A DNA stretch of 22,488 bases from Candidatus Eiseniibacteriota bacterium (GTDB lineage Bacteria > Eisenbacteria > RBG-16-71-46 > JABDJR01 > JAWXBZ01), in NCBI GenBank assembly GCA_034440375.1, contig JAWXBZ010000160.1:1-22488 (forward strand), read 5' to 3'. Positions within the stretch are counted from its first letter, which is position 1; each line of letters begins with the position of its first letter. The notes under the pieces were generated by a model that saw nothing but the letters and a program-made list of their open reading frames with translations, did no database searches and was not told the DNA's origin. A program made the position numbers and the translations under genes. This document shows, in pieces, positions 1-8,995 of this stretch.

Positions 1-1253
1 ACGGCGCCGGCGCCGTTCTGGGTGGTGACACCATAGTTCGAGCCCCACCAGCGCTCACCATCACACGTGTAGCCGTTGGGATCGGTGCTGACGCCGGGGT
101 TGACTTCGCCGCTCGAGCTGCTCGAGCGCTTCCGATCCCCGCAGGGTGATGCCGCGCCGACGCCGATGACATTGGCGTGCACGGCGGGATAACTGATCGT
201 GCTGGCGTTCTCATTGCCTGTCGCGGCGAGGATGACGCATCCGGCGTTCCAGGCGTAGTTGATGGCCGTGTCGGTGGCCGGATCGCTGCTGATGGCCGCG
301 CCGAGACTCAACGCGATGACATCGGCCCCGTTATCGGCCGCGAAGTACAGGGCGTTCTGAATGGCCGAAAAGAACATGCTGCCGGCGCTATTGGCCACCT
401 TGAGCGGCATGATGCTGCAGTTCGGCGCGGCGCCCGCGGAGCCGAGGCTGTTGGCCCGGGCCGCGGCCACTCCCGCACAGGCCGTGCCGTGCCCGGCCGA
501 CGATGAATTGTCGTCCGGATTGGTGTCGTTGTCGCCGTAGTCGTATCCGGCCACCTGGGTCAGGTCCGGGTGCCCGACCTCGACGCCGCTGTCGATGATG
601 GCGATGACAATCGAGCTCGAACCGTATCCCTGAGCGCCGTCCCAGGCGGCGTGCGTGTTGCAATCGAAGCTGATCGTGCCCACCGGCGAACCGGTCTCGT
701 GATTCTGATTGGTCCAGTTGTAGCTCAGAAGCTGGGCCGTGTTGTTGTGACCCCAGTGCGAGGCATGGAGCGGATCGGCAGGCACGACCGCCGGGAAAGC
801 CACCCAGTCGAGCGTGACGGCCTCCACATCGGCCAGTTGTGCCAGGCGGTCCGTGATCACGTCGACCGGAACCTTGCCGTCGGTTTCCAGGAGGAACCAG
901 CGCCCGACGCCGAGACTTTGGGCCATCGCTGCATTGGCTGGCTCGATAAAAGCGCGCTGCAGGGTGCGCGCCCCGGCGCCTCGGATCACGTCATCGACCC
1001 CGGCCATCCCGGTCACGGCGTCCGGCACGGACTGTCGGTGGGCCATCGCCGCCGGAATGCGTGAGGCAGCCATCGACTCTGCCCGGAATTTGACCAGCAC
1101 CCGGTCGGCCGCAAAGGCCGGTGTCTCCTTCCCGCTTGCCTGGAAGCCGAACTGGGTCGGCACGAATTCCCGCGCCCCCGCCTGGCTGCACCAGCCGGCA
1201 AGGAGACCGAGGGAGAGTGCCAGACGGACGGGGTGCAACCTGGATGAACGCAT
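1..1253 (-). CDS. Secreted S8 (subtilisin-like) serine peptidase, 3' end outside window
   Basis: Absent from the ORF track because it has no stop in the window. Translated by hand: signal peptide MRSSRLHPVRLALSLGLLAGWCSQAGA, prodomain DRVLVKF, catalytic Asp IAIIDSG (~591), catalytic His GHGTACAG (~489), oxyanion Asn AATGN. GGAGG RBS at 1258-1262; alternative ATG at 1256. Confidence 0.93.
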   Translation of the reverse strand, partial: MRSSRLHPVRLALSLGLLAGWCSQAGAREFVPTQFGFQASGKETPAFAADRVLVKFRAESMAASRIPAAMAHRQSVPDAVTGMAGVDDVIRGAGARTLQRAFIEPANAAMAQSLGVGRWFLLETDGKVPVDVITDRLAQLADVEAVTLDWVAFPAVVPADPLHASHWGHNNTAQLLSYNWTNQNHETGSPVGTISFDCNTHAAWDGAQGYGSSSIVIAIIDSGVEVGHPDLTQVAGYDYGDNDTNPDDNSSSAGHGTACAGVAAARANSLGSAGAAPNCSIMPLKVANSAGSMFFSAIQNALYFAADNGADVIALSLGAAISSDPATDTAINYAWNAGCVILAATGNENASTISYPAVHANVIGVGAASPCGDRKRSSSSSGEVNPGVSTDPNGYTCDGERWWGSNYGVTTQNGAGA

Positions 1254-1644
1254 CATTCCTCCATGCTTCTGAACGGGTACCAAGTACGGCACTTCAGGGC
1301 ATGGCATGCATGGGCCGGCAGGGCGCGGCCTCGGTGGGGGGGGGACCAAGCATGCGCTGCCATGTGGTACCACAGGAATTGTCGAGTTGTCACCTGCATT
1401 CGGGAACATGATCGGCTTGTCCAGCCTGAAAAAATATCGTGAATCGGGAGACATTTTCGGGTCGGAACATTTGGGGCTGGGCATCCGGTAACAACAGGGC
1501 GACTCCGACACGACATCGCATGGGCTTGCCCGACGCGCATGCCATGAGTCTGGCTCATGTCTTGCTTCTCCACCCTTCCGACGTTCACATCAGGTGAACT
1601 CGCAAGTTTGGCCAACCGGGCCCATGCCATGAAGGAGAAGAGTC

Positions 1645-2271
1645 ATGACCAGTATGAAGACAATCCAGGAAACCAGGCTGGAGACGCTCGAGGACCTGTT
1701 CAAGGAAGAGCTCAAGGACATCTACAGCGCCGAGACGCAGATGCTCAAGGCGCTGCCAAAAATGATCGCGGGGGCTGAGTCCGACGAACTTCGCGCCGCC
1801 TTCGAGAATCATCTGGAAATCACCCGTGAGCACCCCAAGCGCATCGAGAAAATCATGTCCGAGCTGGATGCCAGCCCGGCAGGCAAGAAGTGCGGAGGGA
1901 TGGAAGGTCTGCTCAAGGAAGGCGATGAAATGCTCAAGATGAAAGGCGAACCCGCAGTCATCGACGCCGGCCTGATCGGTGCCGCCAAGCGGGTCGAGCA
2001 CTACGAAATCGCGGCCTACGCTACCGCCAGGGCCCATGCCATCGAGCTTGGAATGGATGAGGCGGCCGACCTGCTTCTACAGTCCCTGACGGAGGAAGAA
2101 GAGGCGGACGAAACCCTTTCCGCCATCGCGGAGCGCGGCGTTAACGCCGGAGCCGACTCGGAAGATCCGGATTCCGAGGATGAGGTCGAAGCGGTCGGCA
2201 GTGGCCGGACCGTCAGCACCTCATCGTCCAGCACCGGCGCCTCGCGCTCGGCCAACAACAAGAAGAAGTAG
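1645..2271 (+). CDS. yciF: Ferritin-like stress protein, YciE/YciF (DUF892) family
   Basis: LEDLFKEELKDIYSAETQMLKALPKM, AFENHLE, KKCGGMEGLLKEG and VEHYEIAAY are family motifs; AAGGAG RBS upstream. Confidence 0.92.
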   Translation: MTSMKTIQETRLETLEDLFKEELKDIYSAETQMLKALPKMIAGAESDELRAAFENHLEITREHPKRIEKIMSELDASPAGKKCGGMEGLLKEGDEMLKMKGEPAVIDAGLIGAAKRVEHYEIAAYATARAHAIELGMDEAADLLLQSLTEEEEADETLSAIAERGVNAGADSEDPDSEDEVEAVGSGRTVSTSSSSTGASRSANNKKK

Positions 2272-2296
2272 CCTTGACGTCGGCGTCATCGGCACC

Positions 2297-3457
2297 CTAC
2301 GTCCGGCCGAAAGCCTCGTATAGCCGAAGGTCAAGATCGAATGGCGGGGTGCGGAGCACGCCCAGCGAATCGTCCACATAGTCAAGTTGCCGCATGCCGT
2401 TCAACACGCAGGTAACGCCGGTTGTGTTCATGAGAATGGCGAGAGCCTTGCGCGAGAGCGACTCCTTCCGGCATTCGGGCGGAAGGAACGGATCGACAAG
2501 TGCATGAAGTTCTGATTTGCGGACCGGCGTGTCCGCAAGCCGGATAAGATGATTTTCGTGGAAGGCGTTGAGCGGCCGGTTCGCCAGGACAGCCAGATTT
2601 TGTCCCTGCGCGAACTGCAAGGCCGTTCGACGGCCTCCCACGGAGTTTCGGGTGAGCATCGCGCCGCCCTCGAAGAGGTTGGCCGGCATCTGTGACACGG
2701 CAAAGTGATGCCCGCCCGCCACCTCGCCGGCAATGGTCCACATGCGCTCGAGGGACGTGGCTTCGGCCTCGCCGGCCGGGGCGCCGAACGAATTGGAGGA
2801 AACGCCGTAGAAGGCGATCCGGCCCCTTTGAACTTCAGCCTCCAGATGGGTAAAGGCCCGCCGGATCCGGTCGTAGAACTCCTCGCGCAAGGCCTCGAGT
2901 GATCCACGGTTGCGATGCCTGGCATCGGCAAAAAAGTACTCGGGATTGTGGAGGAGATAGACATCCACCGTCCCGACACCGAGTCGCTCGAGCGATCGGT
3001 CCAGTTGGTCGGCGATAAACTCCGGGTGAATGCAGTGCCAGCATCCGTCGGCGTACTTCACCATCTCGGGAAAAGCGGCTCCGCGCCGCTCACGTGCCCG
3101 GACCATCGAGAGTGCCTGACCCTGTACGTAGCCAACCTTTGAGACGACGACGATCTCTTCGCGAGATTGGCCGCGAAGCACGCGACCAATGCAGGTTTCG
3201 CTCGAGCCGTCGGTATAGTTGGTGGATGTATCAACAAGATTGATCCCGCCACAGAGCGCCTCTTCGAGGGCCGCTGTGTGCCCAGGAGTCCGGTCGTCGA
3301 TGCGATAGGTGCCGAAACCAAGCGCTGACGTGACAAGACCCGTGCGTCCCAGCGTCCGGTAGGCGCTGGCCCGGTTCCCCCCGTCGATGGCACGTTGTGC
3401 CAACCGCCGCGTTCCTTCTGTCGATGCCGATTCCAGGGTCACGTCAAGGTTCCTCAC
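2297..3457 (-). CDS. Aldo/keto reductase
   Basis: YRTLGRTGLVTSALGFGT, DTSTNY, VVSKVG, SLERLGVGTVDVYLLHNP, YGVSSN. GTG start is uncertain. Confidence 0.88.
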   Translation of the reverse strand: MRNLDVTLESASTEGTRRLAQRAIDGGNRASAYRTLGRTGLVTSALGFGTYRIDDRTPGHTAALEEALCGGINLVDTSTNYTDGSSETCIGRVLRGQSREEIVVVSKVGYVQGQALSMVRARERRGAAFPEMVKYADGCWHCIHPEFIADQLDRSLERLGVGTVDVYLLHNPEYFFADARHRNRGSLEALREEFYDRIRRAFTHLEAEVQRGRIAFYGVSSNSFGAPAGEAEATSLERMWTIAGEVAGGHHFAVSQMPANLFEGGAMLTRNSVGGRRTALQFAQGQNLAVLANRPLNAFHENHLIRLADTPVRKSELHALVDPFLPPECRKESLSRKALAILMNTTGVTCVLNGMRQLDYVDDSLGVLRTPPFDLDLRLYEAFGRT

Positions 3458-3837
3458 ATGGTTACGGCTCGGAATGCCGGGCCGCTCCCTTACGCGGCGT
3501 TGATCATGCCGTCAGCCGTGATACTAGCCCAGGGAAGAGATGAAAATTCATCGAGAACTCTCATGAAGACGATCCATTCCCCCGCCATGATCGGGGGGTT
3601 CCTGGCCCTGCTGACGGTCGCCTGGCACAAGTACTTGGGCTTGATGAGTTGCAGAAAGCGGCCGTGGCCGAGGCCTATGCCACTCTTCGAGCCGGCCTGG
3701 AGCGAGTCAAGGGTTCCGTCCTTGCCGGGGACACCACCCCCGAAGCTGGCCCGCCCCCGGGACGGGGTCGCTAACCCCTAAATTTCCTCCGGTGGCTCTA
3801 GCCCTGACGACCGGGACGTCTCATCGTCCCTGTCGTT

Positions 3838-5925
3838 TCATTTTGCCGTCGCCGTGAGTTGCTTCAGCATCCGCCGGGCAGACGGGGCCATGCCGGAATC
3901 CAAAGTGGCCCGGTTCAACAGTGCGAGAGCCGAATCGGCCCGCCCCAGCTGCTGATACGAATCGACAAGCGCCGCGACCACCTCCCAGCCGTCCCGACCC
4001 CGTTCGTCGACCGCAACTTTCTCCAGGCACTCGACGGCCGCCGTGTGATCGCCGGCCAGGTTGTATCCCAGGCCCAGATACCGGAGCACCTGTGGATTCT
4101 CCGTCCCGGCGTTCTGATTCAGCAGTTCGCCGATTCGGATCACTTCGCGTCCCAGGCGTTCGTCCTCTGGAGTCGGTTCGTCCCGGAGATGGCGATTGCA
4201 GGTGAGCAGCCGCCAGGACAGTTCAAGGCGCCAGAGGGATATCAGGGAAACCGATGCGCGAGCGACACGGAAAAGCCCGGCCGCCGTGGCATAGTCCCCT
4301 TCCGCCATCCGGTAGAGACCGACCACGAATTCCACCGGACGCTCCGTGGCACCATGAAGCCTGGGATCGTGCCACCGTTCGATGGCCAGGCTATCGACGG
4401 GATCCATGCCCGCGAGCAGGTCCTGGCACCGGTCACGGTAATGGCGGGCCGCCATCTCGTTGGAGCGTTTCATGAATGGAATGTTGAACAAGGTCTTCAG
4501 ATGTGTCGCCGCCAGATAGTCGCTGTACACGCTGTGGCCGAGGCCAAGAGCGTAGCCCTCCCACGCCGGAAGGCGGTCGAGTTCCGCCCGATCAACGTGC
4601 AGCGGTTCCGGCAGCGAGGCCATGGCACCCGCGAGCGTCCTGGCGAACAGGGCCTGGCCACGCAGTGACATGTGAACGTGATCGTCGAGAAGCTCCCACC
4701 CGATCGCCCCGCCGGGGCTTTCGGCACGGAACGCGGCTTCCATGTCGCAGAAAACCGCGCCGGTCCGCGCGGCTGCCCGGACGGCGCCCTGGGCCGGGCT
4801 GGTGGCGCGCCATGGCATCGTGTCGAGATCCCGGGCGCGGACGTACGCCTCCAGCGCCTCCTTCTCCTCCCCAATCGTCGTGAGCGCCCGGCCGAGGATG
4901 TAATGGGCCCTCGCATGTTCGCTCCAGAGCTCCAACGACTCGCGCGCAAGGTTTGCGGCCTTCGAGGGATCGGACGAAAGTAGCGTCTCGGCCAGCGCCA
5001 GCTTGTCATCGAATAGTTTGCGCGCGTCCGCCGGCAGCCGTGGCTCGATGTCCAGCCCGATGGGATACAGATCGCGTTCGTTGGTTGGCGAAGTGCACAC
5101 AATGACCGGCACGTTGCGAGAGGTACAGCTTTGGATCATGGCAACCAGTTCGGACCGCAGATTTCTTTCGGCGGCGGCACGAAGCGGACTGTCGCTCTGA
5201 ATCGGCCGATCCCCGGCCAGGCGTTCCATCAGCGCACCGCTGACCGCCCGATCGGGCGTCAGGCGGGCTTCCAGCCATTGTGAAAGCCCCAGGCTGCGAA
5301 ATAATCGAAAAGCCCGCATTCCAAATGACGATTGCCCGAGGACGGGGAGCGATGCCACTCCGTAGGCGCCGTAAAATTCGTTGTTCCCAACCATCAGGAC
5401 CACGAGGTCCGGCTCGTGTTCGAGCGCCTCGCTCAGGATGCGGGTGACCGGGTAGCTGGCCACGGCCGTCGCGCCCAGATTCAATACTTCCGCCCGACGG
5501 GCACCTCCCCATGCATCGTGAAGCATTGCTTCGAGGAAGGAACCGTTGGTCAGCGGCAACGGCTGGGGGAAGCCCTGTATCGCCGATTCGCCCAGGAACA
5601 GGATGCGCATGGTACCGGGAGGTTTCGGCGTCCTGAATTGCAGCTCGCGCATGCCGCCGCCCTGCACCTTTCGAGCCCTGAAGAACGTGTTCGTTCCGGC
5701 TCGATTCGTGCCGTACCAGGCATGATCACCGTCACCGGCAACTCGTTGAATCACAGGCGGATAGTTGCCATATCCACCGAGGCGGCACGCCAGCTCCGCG
5801 AGCCAGAAAACAGCGACAGGAAGGAGCAGGGCAAGCAGGCGAAATGCCACCTGCTTGCGCGCGGAGAGGCCGGCGTCTTTCGCTCGGGCACGAATCGTTT
5901 CCAGGGGGGTCCCTTTCCGGCTCAT
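3838..5925 (-). CDS. Membrane-anchored SGNH/GDSL hydrolase with TPR repeats
   Basis: N-terminal TM helix (FRLLALLLPVAVFWLAE); SGNH blocks LFLGESA, VLNLG, MVGNNE, DHVH; TPR-like helices (ARAHYILGRAL, VLRYLGLGY). Confidence 0.82.
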   Translation of the reverse strand: MSRKGTPLETIRARAKDAGLSARKQVAFRLLALLLPVAVFWLAELACRLGGYGNYPPVIQRVAGDGDHAWYGTNRAGTNTFFRARKVQGGGMRELQFRTPKPPGTMRILFLGESAIQGFPQPLPLTNGSFLEAMLHDAWGGARRAEVLNLGATAVASYPVTRILSEALEHEPDLVVLMVGNNEFYGAYGVASLPVLGQSSFGMRAFRLFRSLGLSQWLEARLTPDRAVSGALMERLAGDRPIQSDSPLRAAAERNLRSELVAMIQSCTSRNVPVIVCTSPTNERDLYPIGLDIEPRLPADARKLFDDKLALAETLLSSDPSKAANLARESLELWSEHARAHYILGRALTTIGEEKEALEAYVRARDLDTMPWRATSPAQGAVRAAARTGAVFCDMEAAFRAESPGGAIGWELLDDHVHMSLRGQALFARTLAGAMASLPEPLHVDRAELDRLPAWEGYALGLGHSVYSDYLAATHLKTLFNIPFMKRSNEMAARHYRDRCQDLLAGMDPVDSLAIERWHDPRLHGATERPVEFVVGLYRMAEGDYATAAGLFRVARASVSLISLWRLELSWRLLTCNRHLRDEPTPEDERLGREVIRIGELLNQNAGTENPQVLRYLGLGYNLAGDHTAAVECLEKVAVDERGRDGWEVVAALVDSYQQLGRADSALALLNRATLDSGMAPSARRMLKQLTATAK

Positions 5926-5993
5926 GTTTGGCTGTCGGTCTCCCGTGACAGTTCAGAAATGTCCATGGAAGTTGCCATTTGTCATGGAATCCC

Positions 5994-6021
5994 TTGCGAA
6001 AGTACGCAACTCTTGTATCAT
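5994..6021 (+). promoter_or_regulatory. Putative sigma70-type promoter for the 6109 gene with an overlapping palindrome
   Basis: TTGCGA-N16-TATCAT in the divergent intergenic region; TTGCG-N6-CGCAA inverted repeat at 5994-6009. Confidence 0.4.
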
Positions 6022-6108
6022 GCGGATCCCCCTCTCCGCCTGTCCTGTGCCGCCGGGAAAGGCCCGGCTGCGCCTCGCCATATCCATACCACGCACAAGG
6101 GAGCTTTC

Positions 6109-6816
6109 ATGAAACGTAACTACAATCGGCTTGGTTTTCTGCTGACCGCGGTGGCCGGATTGGCTCTGGCCAGCCCCGCCGTTGCCGCCCCGATCAACGG
6201 AATCTACAACTCCACCGACCTTGGGGGTCAGCTCCTGACCGGACGGGCTTCAACCTGGCGTCCCGGGATCAATTCCGGACTCCCGCATGTCCTGCATGGC
6301 CAGTCCTGGAACGGCGCCCTCGGCACCCAGTGGGATGTCAGCTGCGCCCTCGAGACCACCCAGTTCGGCATCCAGGACAACCGGATCAGTGGCACGGGAA
6401 CGGTTGTCTACACCTCGACGTTCCAGGGCGGGACCTTCACGCTCTACCCGGGTGCCTGGCCCTGGGGTGACGGCGTCGGCACGCTCGGCACCACCATCCT
6501 CATCTCCACGGTTCAGTTCGTCAACAACATCCCGGTCGCGTCGGTGGTCAATGGAAATACCTCCGGCACCTTTGAAGGTGGCTGCGCCCTGACCTTCGCC
6601 ATCGCCAACGGCAACGGCATCGGCGAGACCACGAGCCTGAATCCCCTTATCACCAAGCCGGCGGACTATCCGACGTTTCAGGATGCCACCTGCGGTCCCG
6701 CCCCTGCCAACCAGCAGTTCGGTACCTGGGGCGAGGTGCGCACCATCACCATGATGATCGACTGCCCGGTTCCGGTCGCGCCGAGCACCTGGAGCGGCGT
6801 GAAAGCCCGGTTCTAA
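6109..6816 (+). CDS. Secreted beta-rich hypothetical protein (235 aa) with C-terminal PVPVAPSTWSGVKARF tail
   Basis: True start is ATG 6109 (AAGGGAG RBS) inside track ORF 5332..6816. Signal peptide MKRNYNRLGFLLTAVAGLALASPAVA; Gly/Thr-rich; 4 Cys. Confidence 0.88.
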   Translation: MKRNYNRLGFLLTAVAGLALASPAVAAPINGIYNSTDLGGQLLTGRASTWRPGINSGLPHVLHGQSWNGALGTQWDVSCALETTQFGIQDNRISGTGTVVYTSTFQGGTFTLYPGAWPWGDGVGTLGTTILISTVQFVNNIPVASVVNGNTSGTFEGGCALTFAIANGNGIGETTSLNPLITKPADYPTFQDATCGPAPANQQFGTWGEVRTITMMIDCPVPVAPSTWSGVKARF

Positions 6817-6845
6817 ACAGCACTGATCCGGGTAAGAGATAGATA

Positions 6846-6881
6846 GCCGAGGGGGCTCGACGAGTGTCGAGCCCCCTCGGC
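6846..6881. terminator. Perfect 16-bp hairpin, probable bidirectional terminator
   Basis: GCCGAGGGGGCTCGAC-gagt-GTCGAGCCCCCTCGGC between convergent stop codons (6816 and 6909). The U-tract is weak. Confidence 0.75.
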
Positions 6882-6908
6882 CTTGAAGAAAACCGAAAAC
6901 AGCAGGTG

Positions 6909-7469
6909 CTACCGATATTGAGCCTTGATCCCGCTCCAGGTCGTTGCCTGAACCGGTGTGGCACATTGCGCCGTCGCCGGCCCGACACGGGTTCCCGTGT
7001 ACTCGTAACGCACGCACGACGAGGGGATAGGCCCACAGCCCGTGTAGGAAACGGTGATCGTGGTGACGGAGGTCACGGTGTTTCCGTTGAGTGTGGAAAC
7101 GATCGTGAAGTTAAAGCTCTGCGTGCAGCCCGGCGTGACTTCCTGGCCTCCACTGCACGTGACGTTGTACTGGGTATCGGAGGTTGTTCCATCGCAGCTG
7201 AAACCGGCCAGTCCGACAGTATCGGAAGGCGCCAGATCATCGTCGGCGCAGACCGTGTCTGTTCCGGTAAACGTCCCGAGGACTTGCATCGTCGTGCAAT
7301 CCTTGACGACCTCCGTGTAGTTCCAGATTCCCTGGAATGTCACGGGAATCAACGGACCACCTGCCGGTGTCAAGCCGGGCGGAAAGTGGTTTGGCCTGCC
7401 GCCGGCCAACACCGGAGCCGCGAAGAGCAACAGCGTCAGCAAGATGGGGCATGTTCGCAAGAGTTTCAC
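6909..7469 (-). CDS. Secreted Cys/Thr-rich hypothetical protein with C-terminal TPVQATTWSGIKAQYR tail
   Basis: GGAGG RBS plus GTG start; signal peptide MKLLRTCPILLTLLLFAAPVLA; 8 Cys in the mature part. Confidence 0.88.
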   Translation of the reverse strand: MKLLRTCPILLTLLLFAAPVLAGGRPNHFPPGLTPAGGPLIPVTFQGIWNYTEVVKDCTTMQVLGTFTGTDTVCADDDLAPSDTVGLAGFSCDGTTSDTQYNVTCSGGQEVTPGCTQSFNFTIVSTLNGNTVTSVTTITVSYTGCGPIPSSCVRYEYTGTRVGPATAQCATPVQATTWSGIKAQYR

Positions 7470-7544
7470 GGGGGACCTCCCAGGAAAGTGGATTGATTTG
7501 AACCGCCAACCAGTGGATCATAGTGCCTCAAGGCCCAAGCAGGG

Positions 7545-7781
7545 TCAGGAGCTCGACCACTCGATCTCCATCCCCTCACGATCGGCAAGCGCCTGTTGAA
7601 GCAGGGTCAACAACTCCGGGTCGACGCCCTTGTCCGCAAACATCGCCAGGGTGGCCTGGTCGATGTAATAGTCGGTATCGTCGGCAGTCTCCTCTACCAG
7701 CTGGTCGGTCAGAAATTGAAGCTGCTGATCGGAAATGCTACCCAGGGTCGCACCGGTCTCCTTGTCACGCAGAACGATCAA
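7545..7781 (-). CDS. Small acidic hypothetical protein (78 aa)
   Basis: Strong AAAGGAGGT RBS plus TTG start; globular-looking acidic sequence (QLQFLTDQLVEETADDTDYYI). Confidence 0.8.
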   Translation of the reverse strand: MIVLRDKETGATLGSISDQQLQFLTDQLVEETADDTDYYIDQATLAMFADKGVDPELLTLLQQALADREGMEIEWSSS

Positions 7782-7908
7782 ATCGCACCTCCTTTGACAT
7801 CCGTCTCGGGTCTGACGCCCAGCATCCTGCCGACTGCCCGGGCCGTTGACTGAGGCTCATCTTAGGCTGGATGAGCGCCGACATCCATCGCATAGCCTTG
7901 TGGCTCCT

Positions 7909-8841
7909 TCACTTTCTTTCCCAGCGTTGATTCACGCCCGAGTACTTCAGTTGGAAACCCGACTGTTCATAGAGGCCCCGCGCGTTCACATTCCCGTCTT
8001 CCACCGTCAGCCCCATTTCGGGCATCCCGCGTTCCGTGAAACACCACTCCAATGCTGTTGCAAGCAATGCGCCTCCAACCCGGCGCCCCCGCGCGTCCTC
8101 CCGCACGCCCAGGAATTCCACGTACCCACAATCCGTCCATGGTTCGATGCCGGCGAAGACGTACCCTTGCACCTCCCCGTCGAGCGCATGCACCCACACG
8201 CGGTGGTCATCGTCCAGTTCACTCAACAGACCGTGCCCCGTGCGCGTGTTTGGGAAAACGGTATTGTGCAATGCTGCAACGGCCTCACCCTGGTCTGATT
8301 GCATGGGGGGGCAGACGATAGGTGGCGTCCTCGCCGGATCGGGGCGTTTTGCCACATAGACATGGTGCTGCCCGCGAACCCAAAATCCCTGTGCCTCATA
8401 GAATGCCTGGCCACGCGTGTTTTCCACGTTCAAGAACGCGTCAACAACGCGGATGGTCGCCGGGATTGCCGGCATCAGGGTGTTATACAACTCCCCGGCC
8501 AGGCTCGGCCAGATTGAAAGCGAAGTAGTGAAATTATCGTCGGAGGAGGAGTCGGTACGCGCGGGTGTGGTGATGAGCGGCCCGCGTAACCACCCCCGAC
8601 CCTCACTTTCCACAAAGTTGCATCCCATTACGCCGGTGACTCGCTCCTTTTCCAGAGAGAGCATGAAAGTGATCTCCCCCGCCTCGTGCAATTTCTCCAA
8701 CTCAACAAGCAGGCTTTCCTCACTTTCGCCAATGTTGATTTGAATACACTGAGCCGCAGGAATTTGATTGTGCTCTTCAATGAACCGGGCAATGGCCCGG
8801 AAGTCGTTGGGAGTCGCGAGGTGAATGGAAGGTCTTGTCAT
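7909..8841 (-). CDS. Tandem-domain GNAT N-acetyltransferase
   Basis: C-terminal motif A LGVREDARGRRVGGALL and NVNARGLYEQSGF; N-terminal domain has NTRGQAFYEAQGF. Confidence 0.88.
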   Translation of the reverse strand: MTRPSIHLATPNDFRAIARFIEEHNQIPAAQCIQINIGESEESLLVELEKLHEAGEITFMLSLEKERVTGVMGCNFVESEGRGWLRGPLITTPARTDSSSDDNFTTSLSIWPSLAGELYNTLMPAIPATIRVVDAFLNVENTRGQAFYEAQGFWVRGQHHVYVAKRPDPARTPPIVCPPMQSDQGEAVAALHNTVFPNTRTGHGLLSELDDDHRVWVHALDGEVQGYVFAGIEPWTDCGYVEFLGVREDARGRRVGGALLATALEWCFTERGMPEMGLTVEDGNVNARGLYEQSGFQLKYSGVNQRWERK

Positions 8842-8995
8842 CGTAGAAATCCCGCTGTTGAGATTTTTCCGTTGAGCTGGCCCGGCCGCCGGAGGGAACC
8901 ATGTTACGCAAACCTGGACTGAACAGGCGCGATCGATTGGACAGATCGGCCCTCAGATCGTGGTGGCATGATGTAATTTCTACCGCGCCAAGCAC

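Noticed and set aside
1257-1644. GGAAC boxes (about 1403 and 1464) as ECF promoters for yciF; CATG-rich stretch; G run
   Set aside because: No convincing -10 element at the right spacing and no periodic repeat or recognisable RNA structure.
5332-6108. N-terminal 259 aa of track ORF 5332..6816
   Set aside because: Antisense to the SGNH gene plus intergenic DNA. The RBS and signal peptide place the real start at 6109.
7855-7876. 7-bp hairpin GCTCATC..GATGAGC downstream of the GNAT gene
   Set aside because: Short stem with no U-tract; it cannot be distinguished from chance.
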